Assembly: GCA_002840505.1 (NCBI GenBank) | Contig: PHBC01000001.1 | Location: 703,738 to 767,737, forward strand | DNA length: 64,000 bases | Source: Deltaproteobacteria bacterium HGW-Deltaproteobacteria-2 | GTDB taxonomy: Bacteria > Desulfobacterota > Syntrophia > Syntrophales > Smithellaceae | Direction of reading: 5' to 3' | In this document: positions 10,842-18,595 of the stretch, piece by piece | Numbering within the stretch: the stretch's first letter is position 1 | How the letters are laid out: each line of letters opens with the position of its first letter | Translations under genes and position numbers: made by a program | Notes under the pieces: model-generated | Told to the model about the DNA's origin: nothing | The model's database searches: none | The model's input: the letters and a program-made list of their open reading frames with translations, nothing else

Positions 10842-10922
10842 CTATTCCGCGACCCGGCCTCCTGTAAAGAAGCTAATTATAATGTTGCTAATTATTATTT
10901 CTTGAATTTTGATCATGTTCAT
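10842..10922 (-). CDS. putative Ile-rich leader peptide (26 codons)
   Basis: My translation is MNMIKIQEIIISNIIISFFTGGRVAE*. Eight of 26 codons are Ile (ATC/ATT/ATA), including two III runs. It lies between a good promoter and the terminator. Confidence 0.5.
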   Translation of the reverse strand: MNMIKIQEIIISNIIISFFTGGRVAE

Positions 10923-10944
10923 AGCGCCAACCATCTTTTTTTAC

Positions 10945-10973
10945 ATAATAATTTTTTAGGTAAATTTTGTCAA
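10945..10973 (-). promoter_or_regulatory. sigma70-type promoter for the cimA leader
   Basis: Minus strand: TTGACA (comp. 10973-10968), 17-nt spacer, TATTAT (comp. 10950-10945). It ends 22 nt upstream of the leader ATG. Confidence 0.5.
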
Positions 10974-11155
10974 TAGAAATAATTAATTGAATTTATGTTG
11001 ACGAAGTTTTATATTATTACTACAAATTATTTTTTCACAGATCGAAAAAAATATTTCCACAAATTGCCGTATGGAATTTCACATATAATATATTATGACT
11101 TGTATCAGACCATATGTCTTAAATACTATTAAAAATTAATCAGCGGAGTAACCAA

Positions 11156-12832
11156 ATGAAACGAGTTATTTCAGGATTTCTCATTGTAACGATAGGAATA
11201 ATCATGTTTGGGTGTTCGAAGATAGATAGTCCTCCAAACAACGCCAAAGCCATCACTGAATTTAAGTTTATAAGTCAGGATGCAACCGGAATCATCACAG
11301 AGACAACGCACACTATAGCCATAACCGTGCCGTATGGAACGGACGTAACATCTCTGATTCCGACGATTACTCATACGGGCACAAGCATCAGTCCGGCTTC
11401 GGGAGAGACACAAAACTTTACGAACCCTGTAACTTACACCGTGACAGCCGCGGATGGTTCAACCCAAACCTACCAAGTTACAGTGACGCCCGCAATAAAC
11501 CCTGCTAAAGCCATTACAGCCTTTAATTTTATAAGCCCGGTAACGGCAACTGGAGTCATTACGGAAGCAGATCATACAATAACAATCACCGTACCGTATG
11601 GAACGGATGTAAAATCTCTAACTCCAACAATTATTCATACAGGCGTCAGCGTCAGTCCCGCTTCGGGAGTGGCGCACGACTTTACCAATCCTGCAACTTA
11701 TACCGTTACAGCCGCAAATTCCTCCACGCAGGCATACACGGTGACAGTCACTCAGTCGATTACAGCTAAAGCCATTACAGCCTTTAATTTCACTAACCCT
11801 TCGGCAACAGGTATTATTACAGAATTATCACATACAATTGCTGTAACAGTGCCAGCTGGAACGGACGTAAAAACTCTAACTCCAACAATTACGCATACAG
11901 GCGTCAGTGTCAATCCCGCTTCGGGAGTGGCACACGACTTTACCGATCCCGCGACTTATACTGTAACAGCCGGAGATTCTTCAACCCAGGATTATATAGT
12001 AACTGTAACAATATGGACTCCTATCTCAGGAATGATCCCGGTTCCCTCCGGAATCTTCAGTCGAGATGGTGTGTCTGGCAATGATAGTACCGTCTCAGCT
12101 TTCCAGATGAGTGACAAGGAGATTACCAGGAGCCTGTTTACCACGGTAACTGCACTGCCCGATCCCAGTGACACACGCTATACAAATGATACCAACGACC
12201 CTGTACAAATGGTTAAATGGTATCATGCCCTGGTATTCTGCAACAAACTCAGTGCGTTGGAAGGTCGAACTCCCGTGTACTCCATCAAAGGCAGTACGGA
12301 TCCTACCGTGTGGATCGCCGCCAACGGAGGAGTCGTACCGACCGCTACCAATGCCGATTGGGACGCGGTTACTGCAAACTGGTTAGCTGATGGCTACCGC
12401 CTGCCAACGGAAATGGAATGGATGTGGGCGGCTATGGGAGCAGATACAGTTAACCCTGGAAACCCAAATACAACGGGCTATGCCAAGACCTTTGCCGGAA
12501 GCACAGGAAGCAATGCCATTGGAAATTATGCCTGGACAAGTGAAAACAGCAGCGGAACAACCCACCCCACAGGAACCAAGCTGCCCAACGAACTTGGCTT
12601 ATACGATATGAGTGGAAATGTGTTTGAATGGTGCTGGGATTGGTGGACAAATACTTATCCATCGGGAGTATTGACGGACTACAGGGGAGCAGTTTCCGGC
12701 ACTACCCGAGTCGCACACGGCGGCACTTTTCTATTTGGGGCCAGCCCTTTTGCATCGATTGCCTATCGTAACTTCGGTGGCCCGTCTGTCGGATACAGCA
12801 TTGCTGGCTTCCGGGTTGTTCGCCAACCTTGA
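11156..12832 (+). CDS. lipoprotein: 3 tandem Ig-like beta-sandwich modules + formylglycine-generating-enzyme (SUMF1/FGE-sulfatase) domain
   Basis: Lipobox IMFGC. Three ~85-aa modules (AKAIT.F.F...TI.ITVPYGTDV..L.PTI.HTG.S.SPASG...FTNP.TYTVTA...). C-terminal GYRLPTEMEWMWAA and GLYDMSGNVFEWCWDWW are FGE-family motifs. Confidence 0.75.
   Translation: MKRVISGFLIVTIGIIMFGCSKIDSPPNNAKAITEFKFISQDATGIITETTHTIAITVPYGTDVTSLIPTITHTGTSISPASGETQNFTNPVTYTVTAADGSTQTYQVTVTPAINPAKAITAFNFISPVTATGVITEADHTITITVPYGTDVKSLTPTIIHTGVSVSPASGVAHDFTNPATYTVTAANSSTQAYTVTVTQSITAKAITAFNFTNPSATGIITELSHTIAVTVPAGTDVKTLTPTITHTGVSVNPASGVAHDFTDPATYTVTAGDSSTQDYIVTVTIWTPISGMIPVPSGIFSRDGVSGNDSTVSAFQMSDKEITRSLFTTVTALPDPSDTRYTNDTNDPVQMVKWYHALVFCNKLSALEGRTPVYSIKGSTDPTVWIAANGGVVPTATNADWDAVTANWLADGYRLPTEMEWMWAAMGADTVNPGNPNTTGYAKTFAGSTGSNAIGNYAWTSENSSGTTHPTGTKLPNELGLYDMSGNVFEWCWDWWTNTYPSGVLTDYRGAVSGTTRVAHGGTFLFGASPFASIAYRNFGGPSVGYSIAGFRVVRQP
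11243..12010 (+). repeat. 3 x ~261-264 bp in-frame tandem coding repeats
   Basis: Modules span aa 30-111, 117-199 and 205-285. Copies 2 and 3 are also highly similar at nucleotide level (for example GCTAAAGCCATTACAGCCTTTAATTT occurs in both). Confidence 0.8.
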
Positions 12833-12888
12833 GTTCTACGGCATGTAACAGAACTTTTGACGAATCAGCCGGTTTCGCTTTCGAGAAA

Positions 12889-12904
12889 GAAATAAATTTA
12901 TTTC
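12889..12904. promoter_or_regulatory. perfect 16-bp palindrome GAAATAAATTTATTTC upstream of the CDF transporter (operator candidate)
   Basis: Perfect inverted repeat ending 28 nt upstream of the TTG start. It is AT-rich like Fur/Zur-type boxes. Confidence 0.3.
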
Positions 12905-12932
12905 CGCACCCAACTAAAATGGTGGAGGAATC

Positions 12933-13865
12933 TTGTCAACTCATCAGCATCAACATCACAACCACGAAAAAGCATCATGGGGTAAACGCTTAGCCGTTTC
13001 CATGATTATGAATCTGATTATTCCAGCGGTGCAGATTTACGGCGGCATTATTTCCGGAAGCATGGCGCTGATCAGTGACGCTTTGCATAATTTAAGCGAC
13101 TTTGTTTCTCTGGTTATAAACTACGCGGCCCTGCTGCTGGGCAAACGCGGACCAACTCATAAACATACTTTCGGTTTCAAGCGTGTGGAAATATTCGCTA
13201 CGTTAATTAGCGTAGCTCTGTTGTATGGCGCAGGCATTTATATTGCCATAGAGGCCTGGCAAAGATTCCGGAATCCCCAGCCGATAGCGGGACAACTTGT
13301 TATCTGGATTGCTCTTCTGGGGTTCGCTGGAAATTTCATTTCCGCTTTAATGCTGCGCGCGGGATCAAAAGTAAATTTGAACATGAAAAGCGCCTTTCTG
13401 CACATGCTCAGCGATGCCGCTACTTCTCTCGTAGTTGCAATATTGGGATTTGTCTGGCTTTACAAACCATGGTTTTGGCTTGATCCGGTTTTTTCCTGGC
13501 TGATCGTAGCTATGATATTATTCAGCGGTTGGGGTCTGATAAAAGACAGCATTCTCATTCTAATGAACGCAACTCCGGAGGGAATAAACCTGTCAGATAT
13601 TCAAAAATCTCTGGAATCAATTGATGGAATCAAAGAAATTCACGACCTGCACGTCTGGAATCCGTCGGCTGAAAATATCGCCTTGGCCGTGCACATTACC
13701 GTGCCGGATCAAATGCTCAGCACAGTCGATGACCTGGCTGAAAAAATAAGGCATATGCTTTACGAAAAGTTCAGAATTGATCATCCGATTTTACAGTTCG
13801 AGTCTAATTCCTGCGACGAAGCAGAACTTCTGTGCAGCACGGTAAAACATCATGTTCACGATTAA
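12933..13865 (+). CDS. cation diffusion facilitator (CDF) family metal efflux transporter
   Basis: His-rich N-terminus MSTHQHQHHNHE, six TM segments, HNLSD and HMLSD metal-site motifs in TM2/TM5. TTG start with GGAGG SD 5 nt upstream. Confidence 0.85.
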   Translation: MSTHQHQHHNHEKASWGKRLAVSMIMNLIIPAVQIYGGIISGSMALISDALHNLSDFVSLVINYAALLLGKRGPTHKHTFGFKRVEIFATLISVALLYGAGIYIAIEAWQRFRNPQPIAGQLVIWIALLGFAGNFISALMLRAGSKVNLNMKSAFLHMLSDAATSLVVAILGFVWLYKPWFWLDPVFSWLIVAMILFSGWGLIKDSILILMNATPEGINLSDIQKSLESIDGIKEIHDLHVWNPSAENIALAVHITVPDQMLSTVDDLAEKIRHMLYEKFRIDHPILQFESNSCDEAELLCSTVKHHVHD

Positions 13866-13989
13866 AACAATTGCCCCATTTAAGAATTAAATATACAAAT
13901 AAAAAAACGGCACCGTCTGCGCCATCGTGGGAAAGATGCTTCACTGTAAAAAAAGAATGACTAATTATTGTATTTCTATAAATAGAATA

Positions 13990-13998
13990 TGCTATAAT
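13990..13998 (+). promoter_or_regulatory. extended -10 promoter element (TGcTATAAT) upstream of the fecR-ompA-CHASE2 operon
   Basis: TGCTATAAT at 13990-13998, 108 nt upstream of the 14107 ATG. There is no good -35 (TTGTAT with a 19-nt spacer). Confidence 0.35.
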
Positions 13999-14106
13999 TA
14001 CACATAATCTACGCCTGACTTTCAAGTTATCGGAAAAAGTGAAATTGTATATTAATTGTCCATGCGGGATGCGGACACTCCACAACTTTAAGAAGGGAGG
14101 CTATCT

Positions 14107-14574
14107 ATGAAAAGACTAATTATCCTCTGTCTCATGATCGCGATTCTGCTGCCATGTTTCGCAATGGGTGAAGAGTCGCCAATAGGAAAAACAAAAACAG
14201 GCAAGGGTGACGTTGTTGTTATCCGCGGCGGCAAAGAAATCCCCATTAATATTGGTGACAGACTTTACCAAAAGGACATCATCCGGACCGGGGCAAACAG
14301 CTCGGTGGGTATTATTTTCGAGGATAACACGATTTTGTCCCTGGGACCGAAAAGCGAAATAGTAATTGATGAGTATGTTTTCGCCCCCGAAAAAGGCATA
14401 TTGTCCATGATCACCCGTATGGTAAGAGGCACTGCTTCTTACCTATCAGGAATTATAGGACGACAGTCTCCGGAATCGGTGAAGTTTCAGACACCTGATG
14501 CGACAATCAGCATTCGTGGAACTCAATTTCTTGTCAAGGTAAAAGAAGACAATCCATGCCCTTGCTGCCTGTAA
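14107..14574 (+). CDS. secreted FecR-domain protein
   Basis: Signal peptide, then GDVVVIRGGKEIPINIGDRLYQKDIIRTGANSSVGIIFEDNTILSLGPKSEIVIDEY, a FecR fold signature. Confidence 0.7.
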   Translation: MKRLIILCLMIAILLPCFAMGEESPIGKTKTGKGDVVVIRGGKEIPINIGDRLYQKDIIRTGANSSVGIIFEDNTILSLGPKSEIVIDEYVFAPEKGILSMITRMVRGTASYLSGIIGRQSPESVKFQTPDATISIRGTQFLVKVKEDNPCPCCL

Positions 14575-14630
14575 TAAGGCTTTTTCACTAATTGATAATT
14601 TGTCAGACAATCCTGACGAAGGAGGCGGAC

Positions 14631-15233
14631 ATGAAAACAATAATCAACACGCTTGTCAGCTTAGGTCTTGTTTTGGTTTTAGCGGGCTGCGGAGCAAGGA
14701 GCATGGTCGTACTAATCCCGGATCCTGACGGTAATGTCGGGCAACTGTTAGTGGCGAACGATGGTGGACAACAAGTCTTGAACGAGAATAATCAATCGGT
14801 GCAGCTGACGGACAAAAAGACAGCGCCTGGTAAAGTAACAACGCTCAGCGCCGAAGAAATCCGCGCCACTTTTTCCGATGCGTTGGCCGCACAACCTTTG
14901 CCGCCGGCAACATTCATCCTCTATTTCCTGCAGGATTCAAATGAACTAACCGACGAATCCAAAGCCGTTCTCCCGCAAATTTTTCAGACCATCCAGAAGA
15001 GGGGTTCCACCGATATCGTCATTTCGGGGCATACCGACACGGTTGGTGCAAAGGAATATAACTACAAGCTGGCCCTTGAACGGGCACAGGTAACATCTGA
15101 AATACTGGTGGCCAACGGCGCAATCCCCGCCAATATCACCGTAACCTCACATGGGGAAGGAAATCCTCTCATTAAAACCGCTGATGAAGTTGCAGAACCA
15201 AGAAACCGTAGGGTAGAGGTCGTGATAAAGTAA
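14631..15233 (+). CDS. OmpA-family lipoprotein (peptidoglycan-binding C-terminal domain)
   Basis: Lipobox LVLAGC. ISGHTDTVGAKEYNYKLALERAQ...NRRVEVVIK is an OmpA_C motif. Start trimmed to the ATG at 14631 with GGAGG SD. Confidence 0.8.
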   Translation: MKTIINTLVSLGLVLVLAGCGARSMVVLIPDPDGNVGQLLVANDGGQQVLNENNQSVQLTDKKTAPGKVTTLSAEEIRATFSDALAAQPLPPATFILYFLQDSNELTDESKAVLPQIFQTIQKRGSTDIVISGHTDTVGAKEYNYKLALERAQVTSEILVANGAIPANITVTSHGEGNPLIKTADEVAEPRNRRVEVVIK

Positions 15234-15261
15234 CTCAACCTTCGGCACGGCAAGATTATTC

Positions 15262-17370
15262 ATGAAAAAAGAATCGAGCAAACTTCCAATTCGCGACTCC
15301 GACAATTTAATCGTAACCGGCAAGTCGGGAAACCGCCGTATTTTTTTCTGGGGGGTTCTGTCCACTCTATTTTTTGTGGTTCTCTTTGCACTTAAGCCAA
15401 CACTGCTACAACGACTTGATTTTATAAACTATGACCTGCTTCTGAGAAATTTCCCGAACAATCATGCCAGCAGCAGGCTGGTAATTGTTGACCTTGATGA
15501 AAAAAGCCTGAATCAATATGGGCAGTGGCCTTGGCCTCGCTACCGGGTCGCCGAGTTATTCAACAAAATCGCCGCTATGAATCCGGATGTCATAGGTATC
15601 GACATGTTTTTTGCCGAACATGACCGGACATCTGCGGGACAACTAATCAAAGACCTCAGAAATGCTTATAAAATTAATATAGATATCGACTTACTTCCCC
15701 ATGAGCTGAGCGATAATGATCGGATCCTTGCTGAAACACTGGCCAAGGGGCCCTTTGTCCTGGGCAATAAATTCCAATTCAACAGGCTTGAAAAAAATTC
15801 GGCACAATGCCTTTTGCATCCTGTTAAGGTTTCATTTATTCAGAATATGGCAGAATTGGAAGAAAAAACAAGGCTTCCGGAAAGCACTGGTGTTCTGTGC
15901 AATCTAAACATGCTCTCCGAAAAGGCCGGCGCATCAGGCTTTCTTAATTTTAGTCCCGACAAAGATGGTATGCTTAGGCGCATGCCAATGCTCATTCAAT
16001 ACAAGGGAGAAGTTTACCCCAGCTTGGGCCTTGCCACTGTATTGAAACTTAAGAAAACCAACAATATTATTTTGCAAAAAAACGGGCCCTCCCTGCAATC
16101 AATCCGTTACAAGGGAGCCTCAGTTCCTGTTGACCTGCACGGTCAGTTGTTAATCAAGTTCCGGGGCGCTAAGAAAAGCTATGACTATATATCGGCAACA
16201 GATATCATGAATGGCAACGTTTCCTCAGAACGTTTGCAGGGACGAATAGCTTTTGTCGGTACCTCATCGGCAGGATTGAGTGACTTTCTAACCACGCCTT
16301 TTGATCCAATATTTCCGGGCGTAGAGGTGCATGCCACTGTTGTTGATAATCTGCTGACTGGTGATTTCATCACCAGTCCAAGTTGGTCCAACGGCCTGGT
16401 CCTGCTCCTTATTCTCGGTTTTGGTGTGTCATTGAGCTTGCTTATTACCTTTAGAAGTGCCGCCTCCGGTTTCATTGTTATGTTGCTCTTCATTGTCGGG
16501 TTATGGCTGACAACGCAAGAGGCTTTTTTTCGCATGGGATTGTTTGTCGGGACGGCATTTCCGATTGCAGCTGTTGTTTGCAATTACATATTTCTGACCG
16601 TCCTAAAATACCGTTTGAAAGAAAAGCAAATGCTCTCCGGTATGCGTGAACTTATCCTCACTCAGGACATAACCATCGAGAGCATGGCCAATCTGGCCGA
16701 GTATCGGGATCAGGAAACCGGTGGCCATATAAAGCGCACCAGGATGTATGTCAGACTGTTGGCCGAACACATCAAGCATCACGAAAAATACAAACATTTC
16801 CTCAGTGATGAAAACATTGATATGCTTTATAAATCCGCTCCGCTGCACGATATCGGCAAAGTCGGCATTCCCGATAATATCCTGCTTAAGCCGGGCGAGT
16901 TGACCAGGGAAGAGTTCGAAGTCATGAAGACCCACACGACAATCGGCCATGACGTGATCGAGACCTCCGTTCGCAGACTTGGCAAAAATTCATTTCTGAC
17001 CATTGCCGCGGAAATGGCCCTCTCCCATCAGGAGAAATGGGACGGCTCCGGATTCCCGCAGGGCCTCAAAGGGGATGCAATCCCCATCAGCGGCAGACTG
17101 ATGGCACTAGCCGATGTCTATGACGCCTTGATCAGCAAAAGGGTCTACAAGGCAGCCTCTCCGCATGACGCAGCCGTGGACATTATCAAAAAAGGTAGAG
17201 GGACTCACTTTGACCCTGACATGGTGGATGCGTTTCTTGAAATTCATGAACAGTTCAGAAATATCGCCCGTGAATTTGCCGATTTCGAAGAGAAAAGGGA
17301 AGTCCTGGATAAGAATATCCCCTTAGAAGATTTAACGCATGATTCACAAATATTTTCCGCACGGGAATAG
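15262..17370 (+). CDS. CHASE2 sensor fused to HD-GYP-type phosphodiesterase domain
   Basis: The N-terminal periplasmic CHASE2 domain (VIVDLDEKSLNQYGQWPWPR, IGIDMFFAE) is followed by TM helices. The C-terminal part carries LHDIGKVGIP...SHQEKWDGSGFPQGL, an HD-GYP variant with GFP in place of GYP. Confidence 0.8.
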   Translation: MKKESSKLPIRDSDNLIVTGKSGNRRIFFWGVLSTLFFVVLFALKPTLLQRLDFINYDLLLRNFPNNHASSRLVIVDLDEKSLNQYGQWPWPRYRVAELFNKIAAMNPDVIGIDMFFAEHDRTSAGQLIKDLRNAYKINIDIDLLPHELSDNDRILAETLAKGPFVLGNKFQFNRLEKNSAQCLLHPVKVSFIQNMAELEEKTRLPESTGVLCNLNMLSEKAGASGFLNFSPDKDGMLRRMPMLIQYKGEVYPSLGLATVLKLKKTNNIILQKNGPSLQSIRYKGASVPVDLHGQLLIKFRGAKKSYDYISATDIMNGNVSSERLQGRIAFVGTSSAGLSDFLTTPFDPIFPGVEVHATVVDNLLTGDFITSPSWSNGLVLLLILGFGVSLSLLITFRSAASGFIVMLLFIVGLWLTTQEAFFRMGLFVGTAFPIAAVVCNYIFLTVLKYRLKEKQMLSGMRELILTQDITIESMANLAEYRDQETGGHIKRTRMYVRLLAEHIKHHEKYKHFLSDENIDMLYKSAPLHDIGKVGIPDNILLKPGELTREEFEVMKTHTTIGHDVIETSVRRLGKNSFLTIAAEMALSHQEKWDGSGFPQGLKGDAIPISGRLMALADVYDALISKRVYKAASPHDAAVDIIKKGRGTHFDPDMVDAFLEIHEQFRNIAREFADFEEKREVLDKNIPLEDLTHDSQIFSARE

Positions 17371-17418
17371 AATTAAATTATATTTATATGAAACCTTCCG
17401 TGCCTATTGGCGGAAATT

Positions 17419-18411
17419 TCACTCAAATCGAATTTTCTCCAGACCTGAAAAAACAGCTTTCTCTTCCTGCCAGTGAAAACCGATAACGAATATATTTATT
17501 CTTCTTAATTCCGGTTCGTAATGATTTTTTTTATCTTCCGGCAGAATTAGAATAGGCAAAGGATTTACAGCGGCCGCTGATGTCTGCAAAATTAATTTGC
17601 CGGTGGCCGCCAGCACGCTTTTTTCTTTTGTATCGGTTACAATTTCAAAAATATGAGAAATTCTGTTTTCAGCCGTATCAACCGCAAAAAGTTCGCTTTC
17701 CGTATCGTTGCCTATTTTTATTCTCTGCTGCAGAAGCAGCGTGGCTAGTTCGCTGACAATCAGGTCATGATCACACGCAGAGATTATTTCATCTTCAGGC
17801 AGGGGTACTTCGCTTCCGATTAAGTCTTCCCGGAAAGTTATTTCTGAAAAATCCATTTCCGTCTGCGTTGACTCAGCGGCTGATAATTTCATTATTTCTA
17901 TTTTTTTCACAAACTGTGCCGCCTGCAGAGCAAAACGGCTGGAGGCAAGATTGCCTATCACCGCCACCTGGCTTATGGAATCCCCATCTTCCATAAATGA
18001 CCAGACGCCTCGATAATTTTGTTCAAAAAGAGATTTCCCGACTCCTTTTCTTCCACCACCGATTTTACCCCGATGAACCACAAAAACATTACCCCACGAA
18101 TCATGAGCAAATGCACCACCGGTTTTTCGATCTATTTGAGCCCAGGGGAAATTGATTTCAGAGGCAATAGACAAAACGTTGGACGTTCCCGGCTTCCCTA
18201 TGCCAAACGCGTTCCAGTAACGCACTTCCTTTATAGTTTTAGAAAATTTCCAGATGTCCAATTCTTTTGACCAGAGAACTTTCGCAGAAAAACCTGCCCC
18301 CTGATGGCCTAATTTTACTTTTATCTCTTCATCAATAAAGGGCTTAAACTTTTTATTGAATTGTCCGGCGTATTTTTTTATGGCCGGTTGATCCGCTATG
18401 ACTTTAAGCAT
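17419..18411 (-). CDS. hypothetical protein (330 aa), no family recognised
   Basis: A long ORF with no competing frame. No motif I can assign. The C-terminal ELFAVD...HIFEIVTD only loosely resembles a PD-(D/E)xK nuclease core. Confidence 0.6.
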   Translation of the reverse strand: MLKVIADQPAIKKYAGQFNKKFKPFIDEEIKVKLGHQGAGFSAKVLWSKELDIWKFSKTIKEVRYWNAFGIGKPGTSNVLSIASEINFPWAQIDRKTGGAFAHDSWGNVFVVHRGKIGGGRKGVGKSLFEQNYRGVWSFMEDGDSISQVAVIGNLASSRFALQAAQFVKKIEIMKLSAAESTQTEMDFSEITFREDLIGSEVPLPEDEIISACDHDLIVSELATLLLQQRIKIGNDTESELFAVDTAENRISHIFEIVTDTKEKSVLAATGKLILQTSAAAVNPLPILILPEDKKNHYEPELRRINIFVIGFHWQEEKAVFSGLEKIRFE

Positions 18412-18453
18412 AAATAAGCTTCCTGAAATGTTATTCCAATTCTAACTCTCTGT

Positions 18454-18546
18454 GTCATTTCGAAGTCCCGCATGCGCTGGATCATACTCCGCGAGAAATC
18501 TTGATTTTAAGATTCCTCATCCCGATAAATCGGGATTCGGAATGAC
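18454..18546. repeat. 93-bp MITE/REP-like element with terminal inverted repeats
   Basis: The terminal inverted repeats (TIRs) are GTCATTTCGAA (18454-18464) and TTCGGAATGAC (18536-18546), a 10/11 match. Internal hairpins are AATCTT-N6-AAGATT and ATCCCGAT-AA-ATCGGGAT. Its translation creates the spurious track ORF at 18452. Confidence 0.6.
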
Positions 18547-18595
18547 ATTGTTTATTTGTTTCATTGCCGGGGTAATATTATATGAAAAAATGCCA

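Noticed and set aside
13804-14085. 93-aa minus-strand ORF in the CDF-fecR intergenic region
   Set aside because: It overlaps the CDF 3' end and the promoter region and has no SD. Its composition is typical of AT-rich non-coding translation.
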